64,000 nucleotides of DNA from an uncultured Syntrophaceae bacterium (GTDB lineage Bacteria > Desulfobacterota > Syntrophia > Syntrophales > UBA2210): NCBI GenBank assembly GCA_964540715.1, contig CAZINZ010000001.1, positions 21,806 to 85,805 on the forward strand, written 5' to 3'. Shown one piece after another: positions 9,453-18,342 of the stretch. The translations under genes were made by a program, and so were the position numbers. Each line of letters opens with the position of its first letter. Positions within the stretch are counted from its first letter, which is position 1. Below the pieces are notes generated by a model. The model made no database searches. It saw only the letters and a program-made list of their open reading frames with translations, and was not told the DNA's origin.

Positions 9453-9992
9453 CTATGAGTTGTTTATGAATTTTATACCTTTGAAGATATAATCAAATCC
9501 GGAAATAACTGTAAAAAAAGCGGTGATCCAGAACAAGGTCACGATCATCGTATAATTAATATATTCAGGCGTGGACCTGAACATCAGTACAAGAAAAACT
9601 GTGAATAATTGTAATACAGTTGTAGCTTTGCTCACGTAAGAGGGGCGTATCTCAAAGGAAACCGCCATAAGAAAAAGCACAGACACGCCAAACAGGATTA
9701 TACAATCCCGGCTTATGACAACCACAGCAAGCCAGCCCGGGATAATATCCATAATCGACAAGGCAACAAAGGACGTTATTATTAATGCCTTATCCGCCAG
9801 CGGGTCCAGATACGAGCCCAGTATCGTCTTCTGTTTCAGTACCCTTGCCAAAAACCCGTCCAGCCCGTCCGTAATACCAGCAATGACAAAGACTAAAAGC
9901 GCATAAGAAAAAGAACCATGCATCAGAAGTATGACAAAGATCGGGACCAGTACTATGCGAAATAGTGTAAGCGTATTGGGAATGTTCATCAT
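9453..9992 (-). CDS. pgsA: CDP-diacylglycerol--glycerol-3-phosphate 3-phosphatidyltransferase (CDP-alcohol phosphatidyltransferase family)
   Basis: NIPNTLTLFRI... and the DGLDGFLAR(x8)G(x3)DPLAD motif. The start was chosen at MMNIPN (9992). The ORF-track extension overlaps the upstream gene. Confidence 0.85.
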   Translation of the reverse strand: MMNIPNTLTLFRIVLVPIFVILLMHGSFSYALLVFVIAGITDGLDGFLARVLKQKTILGSYLDPLADKALIITSFVALSIMDIIPGWLAVVVISRDCIILFGVSVLFLMAVSFEIRPSYVSKATTVLQLFTVFLVLMFRSTPEYINYTMIVTLFWITAFFTVISGFDYIFKGIKFINNS

Positions 9993-10008
9993 CTGCGATT
10001 CTGTCCTT

Positions 10009-10647
10009 CTACCACAATCCCCAGAATCTTTTTTCTGGAGGCGTTTTCCGCACAGAATCGGGACCATCGGGGAGACTGGAAAGGGTTTCATCAACAATCT
10101 CCCGGACAGCCTGCTCATAAAACTGGCATGCCTTCAATTCAAGCCTCATTCGGGTAAAATCATAGTGCCTGTCCGCCACCCTGTATCTTGAACTCCAGAG
10201 AATTGCCCCCGTTTCCGCGTCTTTTAATTCAAACAAAATAGAGACTTTTGTGGATCCATAGACGGTGATGAAAGAGGATTTCCACTCAAGCAGACTACAG
10301 TACATAACGGCATCTACACCCAGCAGTTTCCCGATAACCTCCGGTGAAACATCGCATCCACTGTTTGTTTCAGGGTCCCACCCACAATCCGCAGTCAATC
10401 TTTCGTCTATCACATCAAGTGGTATCCTGGGATATCCTTTGAAATACAGGGTTTCAAATACATCCTCCCTCACGATTTGCCCCGCCTGCTTGTCATTCGT
10501 TCTGTTGTCAACTGGCATCAGGGCAATGAGCCTTATTCCCATCTTGTTATAATCAGGAACAATGGTATGTGGAATCCCGGAGGCACATCCTGAAATGACA
10601 CAGGCAACAACACACAATAAAAACACTTTCTCTATTTTATCAATCAA
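10009..10647 (-). CDS. lipoprotein, DUF799/GNA1162-like (by eye), function unknown
   Basis: Lipobox VISGC at the N-terminus. The pattern LMPVDNRTND...FKGYPRIP...LLGVDAVMYCSLLEW resembles the DUF799 lipoprotein family. Confidence 0.5.
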   Translation of the reverse strand: MIDKIEKVFLLCVVACVISGCASGIPHTIVPDYNKMGIRLIALMPVDNRTNDKQAGQIVREDVFETLYFKGYPRIPLDVIDERLTADCGWDPETNSGCDVSPEVIGKLLGVDAVMYCSLLEWKSSFITVYGSTKVSILFELKDAETGAILWSSRYRVADRHYDFTRMRLELKACQFYEQAVREIVDETLSSLPDGPDSVRKTPPEKRFWGLW

Positions 10648-10651
10648 ACAT

Positions 10652-11380
10652 CTACTCCTTCACCATGTTGAGTTCTATGACCTTAGAATTACCGTCGGTT
10701 AAATCCAGTGAAAAATTCCCGAATTTCTTCAATGTCAGGCTTTTGGCAAGCCCGGCGGCATTTCCCTGCATGTCAACGTCCATCACCGCGACATCCGCTT
10801 CGATCCTTCGCAGATGCACGGCATCCACCCATTTTATGTCTGTCTCTAATGCTTCCATAAGCATCCTGAAATAGCGGTATTTTTCTATCCCGCTTACCAC
10901 AACCTCTACAGTCACTGCCTCCACATCTTCTTCGGACTGCGACCCATCAGTGATAATGCCTGCCACTGCAAGATCATCCTTAATATCCCTCGCAGACAGA
11001 GTAACCCTCACGCTGACCCTGTAGTGGCCATCCGCTATTTTCTCCTTCAGGATTCTGTAATCTTGTATATAGCCCTCCGATTTTGAATAAATTCCCTCAT
11101 TTATAATGTCAGCATTCTCTATCACAACATCTTCGGAAACGTACTTATAAACTACCTGTTCCACCGCTTTTCGCATCGAATCATCAATCGCATTGTCACG
11201 TGCCGGTTTTCTGTCATTACCGTATACGGCACACGTACCCTCAGTTACAACAACAACGACATCATCGCGGCCAGCATACACACATGGCGGACAAAGCACA
11301 AAGAAAAACAGGGCCGTAGACAGGATGTAACAGAACGGGACCTTCAAAGATATCTCTCTCATATCATCGGACCCATGCAC
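10652..11380 (-). CDS. secreted protein with an FlgT_N/LPP20-like N-terminal domain (tentative)
   Basis: A signal-like hydrophobic N-terminus is followed by VTEGTCAVYGNDRKPARDNAIDDSMRKAVEQVV..GYIQDYRIL..YRVSVRVTL. The stop abuts the next gene by 4 nt. Confidence 0.4.
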   Translation of the reverse strand: MHGSDDMREISLKVPFCYILSTALFFFVLCPPCVYAGRDDVVVVVTEGTCAVYGNDRKPARDNAIDDSMRKAVEQVVYKYVSEDVVIENADIINEGIYSKSEGYIQDYRILKEKIADGHYRVSVRVTLSARDIKDDLAVAGIITDGSQSEEDVEAVTVEVVVSGIEKYRYFRMLMEALETDIKWVDAVHLRRIEADVAVMDVDMQGNAAGLAKSLTLKKFGNFSLDLTDGNSKVIELNMVKE

Positions 11381-11650
11381 CTACTCACCAAACCTCTCCT
11401 TCAACTTATTTATCTCTTCCCTGATAATCTTCTCGGCAATAGGTGGAAACATATCCCTGGCAACCCTCTCTGCAACTCTTGAAACAAGTTCGGAGGTCTC
11501 ATCGTCCAGTGTGTCAGCTGATACAGGTTTTTCAGATGTCTCATCGTCCAGTGTGTCAGCTGATACAAGTTTTTCCGATCCCTCATCAACCACATCCAAA
11601 AGATCATAAATCTTGTCATCCTTCGTCAGTATCCTGGCAAATTCACTCAT
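11381..11650 (-). CDS. small acidic protein with an internal 14-aa tandem repeat and an amphipathic C-terminal helix, function unknown
   Basis: 89 aa with the repeat ETSEK(P/L)VSADTLDD x2. The C-terminus reads VAERVARDMFPPIAEKIIREEINKLK. Its stop codon directly abuts the start of the next gene. Confidence 0.5.
   Translation of the reverse strand: MSEFARILTKDDKIYDLLDVVDEGSEKLVSADTLDDETSEKPVSADTLDDETSELVSRVAERVARDMFPPIAEKIIREEINKLKERFGE
11496..11579. repeat. 2 x 42-nt tandem repeat inside the small acidic ORF
   Basis: Units 11496-11537 and 11538-11579 share 30 identical leading nt (GTCTCATCGTCCAGTGTGTCAGCTGATACA on the + strand). Confidence 0.9.
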
Positions 11651-11744
11651 AGGGCAATCCCCCGACCTTTATGTTATTTAAGACCCCAACTACCACACAT
11701 GCACTACCAACTTCAAGAATTTTGCCCCCATGAATCTGCCACCA

Positions 11745-11778
11745 CAGAAAAAGGCCGGGAGCAAAAGCTCCCGGCCTC
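11745..11778 (-). terminator. rho-independent terminator after the Cache-protein gene
   Basis: The minus strand reads GGCCGGGAGC-tttt-GCTCCCGGCC followed by TTTTTCT. Confidence 0.8.
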
Positions 11779-11871
11779 CGGCTGTACGCCCTTTGAAAAA
11801 GATTTCACTCGGGGAAAACAGTACCCGAAAGTAAAAACTTCACTGAAATATTACCACGATATCTTCCTCTG

Positions 11872-13170
11872 CTAATCCTCATCATCGTAATAGTGCGGCT
11901 TCGCTCCTTCCGGAACTTCTGCCTCGATCGAACGAGTGATTCCCCTCGAAAGCAGTGTGGAGATCAGGAAGAGGATCAAGACCGCGATGACAAGAATTAA
12001 GATAATTGTTGTCAGCCACGCCTGCGCCTCTTTTTCTATCTTCTGAGAGGTCGCAAATGCCATCTCGTTAAATTTGTCTACATCAAGGCCCATCCCGATC
12101 CACCCAAAACCGGCAGGTTTGGGATAAGTTGCCGAGTAGAATGGGATCGGAGCATAGGCGACAAACTTGGTATGACTACCAAATTCATAGACCTTATCTC
12201 CCGAATTACCAGCGGTCGCTTCCTTCGCAACCTCAGGCAGCGCGGGATCCATGAAACCCAGTAAGGAGAGATTGAGAACCTCCTCACCCTTCTTCGTCAT
12301 ACTCTCCAATGTCTCACTCGTAAGAGGCAGAACGGGAGTTCCATCCGGGTATAGACCCGCTATATGGTAATCATCGGGGTGCGATATGACGAACCCCTTG
12401 TCATCAACCATATATGCGTAGTTTCCCGTAGATGAATCCGCTTCAAATACATAGCCTGCCTCGGTTGGTATAATACTGTCCGTAAATTTTGCAAGTTGCC
12501 TGACATCAAGGGCAAGAGTAATGAGACCTGCAAATCCCCGCTTATCAAACAGAGGTGTCGCCAGACGAATGATGCCCTCAAAGCGCTTTCCCTTTTCAAA
12601 ATCGGCCCGGTTCACATACCAGCCGGTAATGTGGGATACGTAGACATTTCCCTTGTCAAGATTTTTTGTCTTGATAAAAAAATCTTCCGACTTATAGGTC
12701 GTATTTTCGGGATCGCTCACATTCACCAGTTTGGATTTCGGCACGATCTTCCCGTCGACAATTTTGATAACCTCTTTACCCGCCTTGTTTACAAGGGCCA
12801 TTTCCACGTACAGAAGTTCGGAAGATTTGACAATTTTCCCGTTTCTCTTAATCCAGAGAGCCTTCCTGTTTTTAAGCATAAACTCCCTGTACGTCTCGGC
12901 TTTTGCTGGCAGAATGGTCGCCACGAGTGTGTCTTTCTCACATTCCTGCAGAAAAGAGGCAACATTCTCGGCCACGGCAACAGTGCGCATCATAATCTCT
13001 TCCTGCGCCTTCTGATCAAGTACAGCTGCCGCCCCTTTCTTCGATGTGTCCCCTAATTGGAAGATGCCATTGGCTATCAAAAAAGACGTCAGCAATAAGG
13101 GGATTACGATAAGCAGGAAGAATACCCTTGATACCGTAAAAAACTGCTTACCCTTTTTAGTTTCTGACAT
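11872..13170 (-). CDS. membrane-anchored periplasmic Cache-like sensor domain protein with no output domain
   Basis: 432 aa with an N-terminal TM (VFFLLIVIPLLLTSFLIANGIF) and a ~340-aa extracytoplasmic region with Cache-like blocks (ATPLFDKRGFAGLITLALDV, YAYMVDDKGFVISHPD). A second TM (WLTTIILILVIAVLILFLISTLL) is followed by only ~25 cytoplasmic residues. Confidence 0.65.
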   Translation of the reverse strand: MSETKKGKQFFTVSRVFFLLIVIPLLLTSFLIANGIFQLGDTSKKGAAAVLDQKAQEEIMMRTVAVAENVASFLQECEKDTLVATILPAKAETYREFMLKNRKALWIKRNGKIVKSSELLYVEMALVNKAGKEVIKIVDGKIVPKSKLVNVSDPENTTYKSEDFFIKTKNLDKGNVYVSHITGWYVNRADFEKGKRFEGIIRLATPLFDKRGFAGLITLALDVRQLAKFTDSIIPTEAGYVFEADSSTGNYAYMVDDKGFVISHPDDYHIAGLYPDGTPVLPLTSETLESMTKKGEEVLNLSLLGFMDPALPEVAKEATAGNSGDKVYEFGSHTKFVAYAPIPFYSATYPKPAGFGWIGMGLDVDKFNEMAFATSQKIEKEAQAWLTTIILILVIAVLILFLISTLLSRGITRSIEAEVPEGAKPHYYDDED

Positions 13171-13222
13171 TTTAATCTCCCCCTAACGTTTGTTAAATTT
13201 GAAGTTAGTTGCTCAGTGCTGA

Positions 13223-13600
13223 TTAACCCCAAAGAAAACTTGTGTAAGGGTTTGCATAGAGAAGAACAAGCGAAACGACAAGGGCATAAATGGCGATTGA
13301 TTCCGCCATAGCCATACCGACCAGCATTGTCATCATTATCTTTCCCTGAACGCCGGGGTTCCTTCCAACCGCACTACAGGCACCATTTGCGGCATTACCG
13401 ATACCGGCTCCGGCTCCGATCGCTCCGAGACCAATCGCCAAACCGGCTCCAATCATAGCACCTACGGCAAAGATAACCTTTATCAGAGCTCCCCCTTCAT
13501 CCGGGAGGGTCTCAGCTGCAAATACCATCGGTGAAGATAACAACAAAATCGCCGATGCCGCCAGCAGGGTTGATACCCATTTTACTGATTTCCTAAACAT
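13223..13600 (-). CDS. atpE: F-type ATP synthase subunit c paralog 1 with a signal-peptide-like N-terminal extension
   Basis: The C-terminal 85 aa are a classic c subunit (GLGAIGAGAGIG, GRNPGVQGK loop, MAMAESIAIYALVVSLVLLYANPY). The N-terminus MFRKSVKWVSTLLAASAILLLSSPMVFA-AE looks like a Sec signal with an AxA site. Confidence 0.85.
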   Translation of the reverse strand: MFRKSVKWVSTLLAASAILLLSSPMVFAAETLPDEGGALIKVIFAVGAMIGAGLAIGLGAIGAGAGIGNAANGACSAVGRNPGVQGKIMMTMLVGMAMAESIAIYALVVSLVLLYANPYTSFLWG

Positions 13601-13695
13601 TTTTTTCTCCTTTCCTCTTTGATACTTGGTTTTTATTCTTACTTTTTGCTCAAAAATCTTTTGGGCATGGCTCCTTTTGAAACCGCCAGTACACC

Positions 13696-13712
13696 TGCAA
13701 CAGATATGCCAA
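13696..13712 (-). promoter_or_regulatory. sigma-54 (-24/-12) promoter candidate for the atpE paralog 1 / Cache operon
   Basis: The minus strand reads TTGGCATATCTGTTGCA, with GG-N10-GC spacing and TGGCA/TTGCA cores matching YTGGCACGrNNNTTGCW. It lies ~85 nt upstream of the ATG at 13600. Confidence 0.6.
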
Positions 13713-13813
13713 TTGTGTCTTCACAACCATCTTTCTGTTTAACATACCGCGATTACTGTCAATATCACATATTACAATGCGGCGCAAGACGAGATCCGAT
13801 TCCGTCCGGTTTA

Positions 13814-13852
13814 ACCTTTCATTCAATTAGCCAGATAAATTGAACGAAAGGT
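13814..13852. promoter_or_regulatory. 15-bp-arm inverted repeat, candidate enhancer (UAS) for the adjacent NtrC-type activator
   Basis: ACCTTTCATTCAATT-N9-AATTGAACGAAAGGT with 1 mismatch, located ~105-140 bp upstream of the sigma-54 element in a divergent intergenic region. Confidence 0.5.
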
Positions 13853-13900
13853 AAAACGGTCGGGGGGGCGGGGGAGACAGGAAACTATAAATGATTTTTA

Positions 13901-13929
13901 TTGAAAATTAGCATCAAGGTCTGTAGAGT
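13901..13929 (+). promoter_or_regulatory. possible sigma-70 promoter for the small TM ORF / kinase / regulator operon
   Basis: TTGAAA (13901-13906), 17 nt spacer, TAGAGT (13924-13929). Confidence 0.3.
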
Positions 13930-14001
13930 ACCAATTCTTCAGTGCCCACTTTTTTAAAGCCTTTATTTCAAGATGGGAATACTAAAACGTGAGAGGTGAC
14001 A

Positions 14002-14178
14002 ATGCAGGAAATACTGACAGTGATAACCTATCTGGTTGTCTGGTTTATCTGCAAAAAGGTTCTGGGTATTCAGAGCGGACTTGTTACACTTGTCATCTCT
14101 CTTGGTGCGGCCGTGTCCGTTTATGTGATTTTCGCAACCAAGTGGTACGAAGACAAAAACAAAAATGATGACAGATAA
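14002..14178 (+). CDS. small membrane protein (two predicted TM helices), function unknown
   Basis: MQEILTVITYLVVWFICKKVLGIQSGLVTLVISLGAAVSVYVIFATKW. The ATG at 14002 lies 5 nt after GAGAGGTGA. It sits 30 nt upstream of the kinase gene. Confidence 0.4.
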   Translation: MQEILTVITYLVVWFICKKVLGIQSGLVTLVISLGAAVSVYVIFATKWYEDKNKNDDR

Positions 14179-14207
14179 AAAGAGGCTGTCTGGAATTTCA
14201 AGGAATC

Positions 14208-16883
14208 ATGGATAAGACAGACACTGGCAGCAATGGTTATAAGTCCTTCCGGCCCAATATGAGAATTTCCATCTGGCTGACCACAGCAGTTGTTATCGCA
14301 TTTATTCTCATCCTGGCGCTTACCGTCAACTATGCGCGCGAAAAGGGCATAGTTGAACAGTTCAGCCGGCAGCAGATGGCCATTGCCAGGGGAACAGCCA
14401 CCGGGATCGAAGATTTCATTTCCAGCGTTGAAAAGAGCATGATAATTATTTCCAGGCTGCCCTCATGCCCCCTATGCCCATGCGCCACGGAAATCACGCC
14501 CGAAACCACCAGACAGAGTATAAAGGTAATCTACGACGATCTGGGTGGAGCGGTTGAGTTTATAGTAGTAAAAAATAAGGCTGGCGTGGTGACAGCCAGA
14601 TATCCCCCTTCCATTTTTGAAAGAATAACAGATGAAAGCCTCAAAAACATTCCTTATCTTCAGAAGATACGAGAAACGGGAAAAACGTATATAGGTGACA
14701 TGGAACTGACATGGAAGGGAGAGGCAGAAAACAGAGTCCAATCTGTAGTCGTCGCCGTTCCCAAATACGATTCAGAGAACAGATTCTCCGGAGCAGTGAT
14801 GACGGTACTTTCTTTCTCCGCTATTATTGACCGCTATATCAAAGTCAAGAGCGAGATATCAGGCTGCTGCTGGATAATAAACAGTGACGGAACCATACTC
14901 GTACGCCCAGAAAAGACCCATGCCTGCACGGAACTGGAGACACTGGGAAACGCAAAAACTCTCGACGGAGCACGTCTTAAAGACATCCTTACGAACAGAA
15001 AAGAAGGTTATGGTGAATACATGTTTCCCGTAGTGCAGGGGGGAACGAAAAAAAACATTATAGCCTACGCCCCGATTAATGCAGGCTCGGGACGCTGGTT
15101 CATCGTAATCGCCACACCCTACAGCAAAACAGTTTTATTGGCGCGAAAGGGTTTTGGAAACATCATATTCGGGACCCTCGGACTTATTATCGCGGTTATT
15201 ATCGCCGGCATCTCGACAGCCTACTACGGCGTAAAACAACTGCGTTTCAAAGAAGAGCTGAAGCGACTCAGGGAAAGGGAGGGGTGGCAGGAAAAGCTGC
15301 TGAAAGAGCATAAAACAACGGAGGGTGTTATTGAAGGATCACCGATTCCCACCTTTGTTCTGGACAGAGAACATCGCGTCATCCTCTGGAACAGGGCTTG
15401 TTCCGAACTGACGGGTGCTGCCGCCGGTGACATGGTAGGCACAGATCATCATTCCATCCCCTTTTATAAAAGCAAACGTCCCACGATAGCCGACATAATC
15501 GTCGATTCCGATATGGATACCCTCAAACAATACTACGACACCAAGAACGTACGGGAATCGGAGACGGTTACGGGTGGGGCTTACGAAGCCACGGATTACA
15601 TCACAAATCTTGGAGGGGAAAACCGGCACATATATTTTCTGGCTGCCCCGATATATGATGAGACTGGAAAAATTATTGCGGCCATTGAAACCATTCAGGA
15701 TGTGACTTCACAGAGAGAAATGGATATCCGGCTGGAGGAATATGCCGAAACTCTCCAGAACGAACTGACCGAAAATATCGGCCTCCGCAGGGAGGTCGAG
15801 AAATTGTACAACTATCTCCAGTCCATCATCGACAGTTTGCCGGACAAGATTTTCGATCTCAGCAGGGACGGGATCATCAACTATGTAAGCAGGGATGTGA
15901 AGAAAGATGGAGGAATCATCTCCGAGAAATTTTGGGGGAAGCACTTCTCCGACTTTGTTGACGAGGAAAACAGGCAGTTTGTCATGGACAGATGGAAGGA
16001 CGCAAAGAAGGGAATATTCACTGCCTACGAAATGACGGTAACCGCAAAGGACGGTTCCCGGAGAAACCTGCTGATAACACCCCGACCGGTCAAGGAAACG
16101 GACCGATATATCCTTGTTCAGAGGGATATCACGGAGTTCAAGGCACTGGAGAGAAAATTCTACGAGAGCCAGAAGCTTGCCGCTATCGGACAGCTTTCAG
16201 CCGGCATAGCCCATGAGGTTCGAAATCCCTTGTCCTCGATAAAAATGAGTCTCCAGATCCTTGAAAAACGTATGAAGCCGAAGGGAAACGACTCGAAAAG
16301 ATTCCAGATTGCCGGGCGGGAAGTCGGACATCTTGAAAAACTCGTTAATGACATACTCATTTACGCCAGGCCATCCGATCCCATGAAAAAACCTTCTGAC
16401 ATAGAAAAGATCATCGGTCATGCCCTCGCGATGGCCGAAAAATCTGTGTCGGACAAACACATCCGGGTGGAGACAGTCCTCGCAGAAGATCTCCCTTCAC
16501 TGAACGTGGACCCGGCAATGCTGGAACAGGCCTTTCTTAATATCTATCACAACGCCATTGACGCGATGGAGGATGGCGGAAAACTCTCAATATCCACGAG
16601 GCAAACAAACGACCGGGTGCTCGTCGAGGTCACGGATGACGGGTGTGGAATCTCCAAGGAAGACATACCCCATATCTTCAACCCCTTCTTCACCAAGAAA
16701 AGTTACGGTACAGGACTCGGGCTTACACAGATCAAAAAGATTATGGACCTGCACCGGGGCACAATAGAAATCTCGAGCGAAGAGGGACAGGGAACCAGCG
16801 TCGTCGTAGCCTTTTCAGCGAAAACAGACGGAGAATATCATGAGCCGGAGAGAAACCATCAAGACTCTCCTGAAGAACCATAA
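14208..16883 (+). CDS. sensor histidine kinase (TM, periplasmic Cache-like domain, TM, 2 PAS, HisKA, HATPase)
   Basis: 891 aa with TM1 ISIWLTTAVVIAFILILALTV and TM2 IIFGTLGLIIAVIIAGISTAYYG. It has PAS-like blocks, the H-box SAGIAHEVRNPLSSI, N-box NIYHNAIDAM, and G-boxes DDGCGI and GTGLGL. Confidence 0.9.
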   Translation: MDKTDTGSNGYKSFRPNMRISIWLTTAVVIAFILILALTVNYAREKGIVEQFSRQQMAIARGTATGIEDFISSVEKSMIIISRLPSCPLCPCATEITPETTRQSIKVIYDDLGGAVEFIVVKNKAGVVTARYPPSIFERITDESLKNIPYLQKIRETGKTYIGDMELTWKGEAENRVQSVVVAVPKYDSENRFSGAVMTVLSFSAIIDRYIKVKSEISGCCWIINSDGTILVRPEKTHACTELETLGNAKTLDGARLKDILTNRKEGYGEYMFPVVQGGTKKNIIAYAPINAGSGRWFIVIATPYSKTVLLARKGFGNIIFGTLGLIIAVIIAGISTAYYGVKQLRFKEELKRLREREGWQEKLLKEHKTTEGVIEGSPIPTFVLDREHRVILWNRACSELTGAAAGDMVGTDHHSIPFYKSKRPTIADIIVDSDMDTLKQYYDTKNVRESETVTGGAYEATDYITNLGGENRHIYFLAAPIYDETGKIIAAIETIQDVTSQREMDIRLEEYAETLQNELTENIGLRREVEKLYNYLQSIIDSLPDKIFDLSRDGIINYVSRDVKKDGGIISEKFWGKHFSDFVDEENRQFVMDRWKDAKKGIFTAYEMTVTAKDGSRRNLLITPRPVKETDRYILVQRDITEFKALERKFYESQKLAAIGQLSAGIAHEVRNPLSSIKMSLQILEKRMKPKGNDSKRFQIAGREVGHLEKLVNDILIYARPSDPMKKPSDIEKIIGHALAMAEKSVSDKHIRVETVLAEDLPSLNVDPAMLEQAFLNIYHNAIDAMEDGGKLSISTRQTNDRVLVEVTDDGCGISKEDIPHIFNPFFTKKSYGTGLGLTQIKKIMDLHRGTIEISSEEGQGTSVVVAFSAKTDGEYHEPERNHQDSPEEP

Positions 16884-16936
16884 TTGTACCTACAGGGAAC
16901 AAATTTGAACCTCCAACAAAGGGAGATACACAGAAC

Positions 16937-18301
16937 ATGTCCAAGATTCTTGTCATTGACGACGATAGATCCATTTGCGAAAGCCTGAAACTCTACCTGA
17001 CAGAGGAGGGGCATGAAGCACACACCGCCTCCACCGGCACGGAAGGTTTGAACAAATTTGTAGGAACACAACCCGATGTGGTGATCCTTGACATCAGACT
17101 TCCTGACATAGACGGATTCACCGTCCTTGAGGACCTGCGGGAAGATGATGAAAAGGTCAAGGTAATTATGATAACCGCCCATCACGACATGGAAACAACG
17201 ATCAAAGCTATGAAGGAAGGTGCTTTCGACTATATCCATAAACCCATCAACATTGATGAACTGGACATAGCCATCAGAAAGGCACTGAACACCATAGAGA
17301 TGGAGAAAAAAATAAGCGGCCTTCTTATGGAACCATCACGTGATTTCAAGGTGGGAGATATTATAGGCACAGGAAGTGCGATGAAGGAGGTATTCAAGAC
17401 CATTGGTGTTGCCTCTCAGAACAAGGCAACCATACTGATACAGGGCGAGAGCGGCACGGGAAAGGAACTGATCGCCAAGGTGATACACTACAACACGTCA
17501 AGGGATGAGCCTTATATAGCGGTCAACTGTTCAGCCATTGTGGAGACTCTCCTGGAATCCGAACTGTTCGGCCACGAAAAAGGCTCCTTCACCGGGGCAA
17601 TAGCCAGAAAACAGGGGAAGTTTGAACTTGCCCGCTATGGCACAATATTTCTGGACGAGATAAGCGAGATGTCCATAAACCTTCAGGCCAAGCTTCTCCG
17701 GGTGCTTCAGGAAATGGAGTTTGAACGGGTAGGAGGGAAAGACAGTGTCAAGGTAAACGCGAGGATTATAGCCGCAACCAATAAGGACCTCCGAACGTTG
17801 GTGAAGGAGGGGAAGTTCAGAGATGATCTTTTCTACCGCCTGAATATCGTGTCCATACACATCCCGCCGCTGAGGAAAAGGCGCGAAGACATAGAACCGC
17901 TCGTTAAATACCTGCTCAACAAGATAAACAGGGAACTTCACAAACGGATTGCCGGTATTTCCGATAAGATGATGGACACCTTTCTCAAATACAAATGGCC
18001 CGGAAATATCAGAGAACTGGAAAACCTGCTGGTCAGGGCTGCTGTTGTTTCGAAAGGACAGATCCTCGGAAAAGAAGACTTTCCGGACCTCATGGAAGAT
18101 GCGAACAGCAAAGAGACAGACAGAGACATCGTCCGGGATGAACCGGAAAGGCCCATGACCCTCGACGAAATAGAAGAAATCCATATAAAAAAGGTTATCA
18201 GGGAAAACGAAAAAAACAAGGGAGAAATCTGCGAAATCCTCGGAATTTCCCGTCCCACCTTTGAGAGAAAGCTGGAAAAATATAATATTACCTTTGAATA
18301 A
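16937..18301 (+). CDS. sigma-54-dependent response regulator (NtrC family bEBP)
   Basis: Receiver domain (ILVIDDD...DVVILDIRLPDIDG), AAA+ domain (GESGTGKE, GSFTGA loop, RVGG, FRDDLFYRLN) and a C-terminal Fis-type HTH (ICEILGISRPTFERKLEKY). Confidence 0.9.
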   Translation: MSKILVIDDDRSICESLKLYLTEEGHEAHTASTGTEGLNKFVGTQPDVVILDIRLPDIDGFTVLEDLREDDEKVKVIMITAHHDMETTIKAMKEGAFDYIHKPINIDELDIAIRKALNTIEMEKKISGLLMEPSRDFKVGDIIGTGSAMKEVFKTIGVASQNKATILIQGESGTGKELIAKVIHYNTSRDEPYIAVNCSAIVETLLESELFGHEKGSFTGAIARKQGKFELARYGTIFLDEISEMSINLQAKLLRVLQEMEFERVGGKDSVKVNARIIAATNKDLRTLVKEGKFRDDLFYRLNIVSIHIPPLRKRREDIEPLVKYLLNKINRELHKRIAGISDKMMDTFLKYKWPGNIRELENLLVRAAVVSKGQILGKEDFPDLMEDANSKETDRDIVRDEPERPMTLDEIEEIHIKKVIRENEKNKGEICEILGISRPTFERKLEKYNITFE

Positions 18302-18308
18302 AAGCAAA

Positions 18309-18342
18309 GGGGGTTATCCTGACTCGTATCAGGATGACCCCC
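18309..18342. terminator. strong hairpin between the convergent regulator and atpB genes
   Basis: GGGGGT-t-ATCCTGA ctcgta TCAGGAT-g-ACCCCC. The T-rich tail (CTTTGCTTT) is only on the minus strand, so assignment to either gene is uncertain. Confidence 0.45.

Noticed and set aside
9993-10118. N-terminal extensions offered by the ORF track (pgsA 9993-10118; ahb paralog 26573-26692; ribD 29261-29314; gmhA 61097-61168; PxxKW 1432-1488; atpZ 19792-19830; ihfA 2640-2651; grpE 61934-61960; RDD 56839-56865)
   Set aside because: The extensions overlap upstream genes or promoters; for example the gmhA 'start' is the -35 TTGACA. They have no family counterpart, and internal starts have better SDs and match the usual N-termini. 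The chosen starts remain predictions.
13223-13600. Calling the c-subunit paralogs Na+-translocating from the E-S...Y signature
   Set aside because: By hand alignment to the Ilyobacter tartaricus c subunit, the helix-1 Gln is replaced (Ile or Met) and the Thr after Ser is Ile in both paralogs. The signature is therefore incomplete and no ion-specificity claim is justified.
13655-13680. Other sigma-54-like strings: TGGGCATGGCTCCTTTTGA on the + strand at ~13660, GGGCACTGAAGAATTGG on the minus strand at ~13935-13955, TGGGGAAATCGGCAA upstream of atpE paralog 2 (~26741), and TGGCAGATTCATGGGGGCAA upstream of 11650
   Set aside because: In each case the GG-N10-GC spacing or the TTGC core fails. Only the element at 13696-13712 satisfies both.
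13619-13843. 74-aa ORF in the atpE/kinase divergent intergenic region (and 51449-51670 upstream of csp)
   Set aside because: It has no SD and an odd composition, and it overlaps the predicted sigma-54 promoter and palindrome (or the csp promoter and leader). It is more parsimoniously regulatory DNA.
17531-18307. Long antisense ORFs: 17531-18307 (258 aa), 32330-33139 (269 aa), 37184-38005 (273 aa), 37794-38735 (313 aa), 41083-41880 (265 aa), 49013-49705 (230 aa), 12496-13056 and others
   Set aside because: Each lies entirely opposite a confidently identified gene (NtrC-type regulator, nfnA, FeS protein/mvhD, hdrL, rny, Cache protein). Their products are low-complexity or Ser/Pro/Arg-rich with no recognisable motifs. 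They are typical shadow ORFs.
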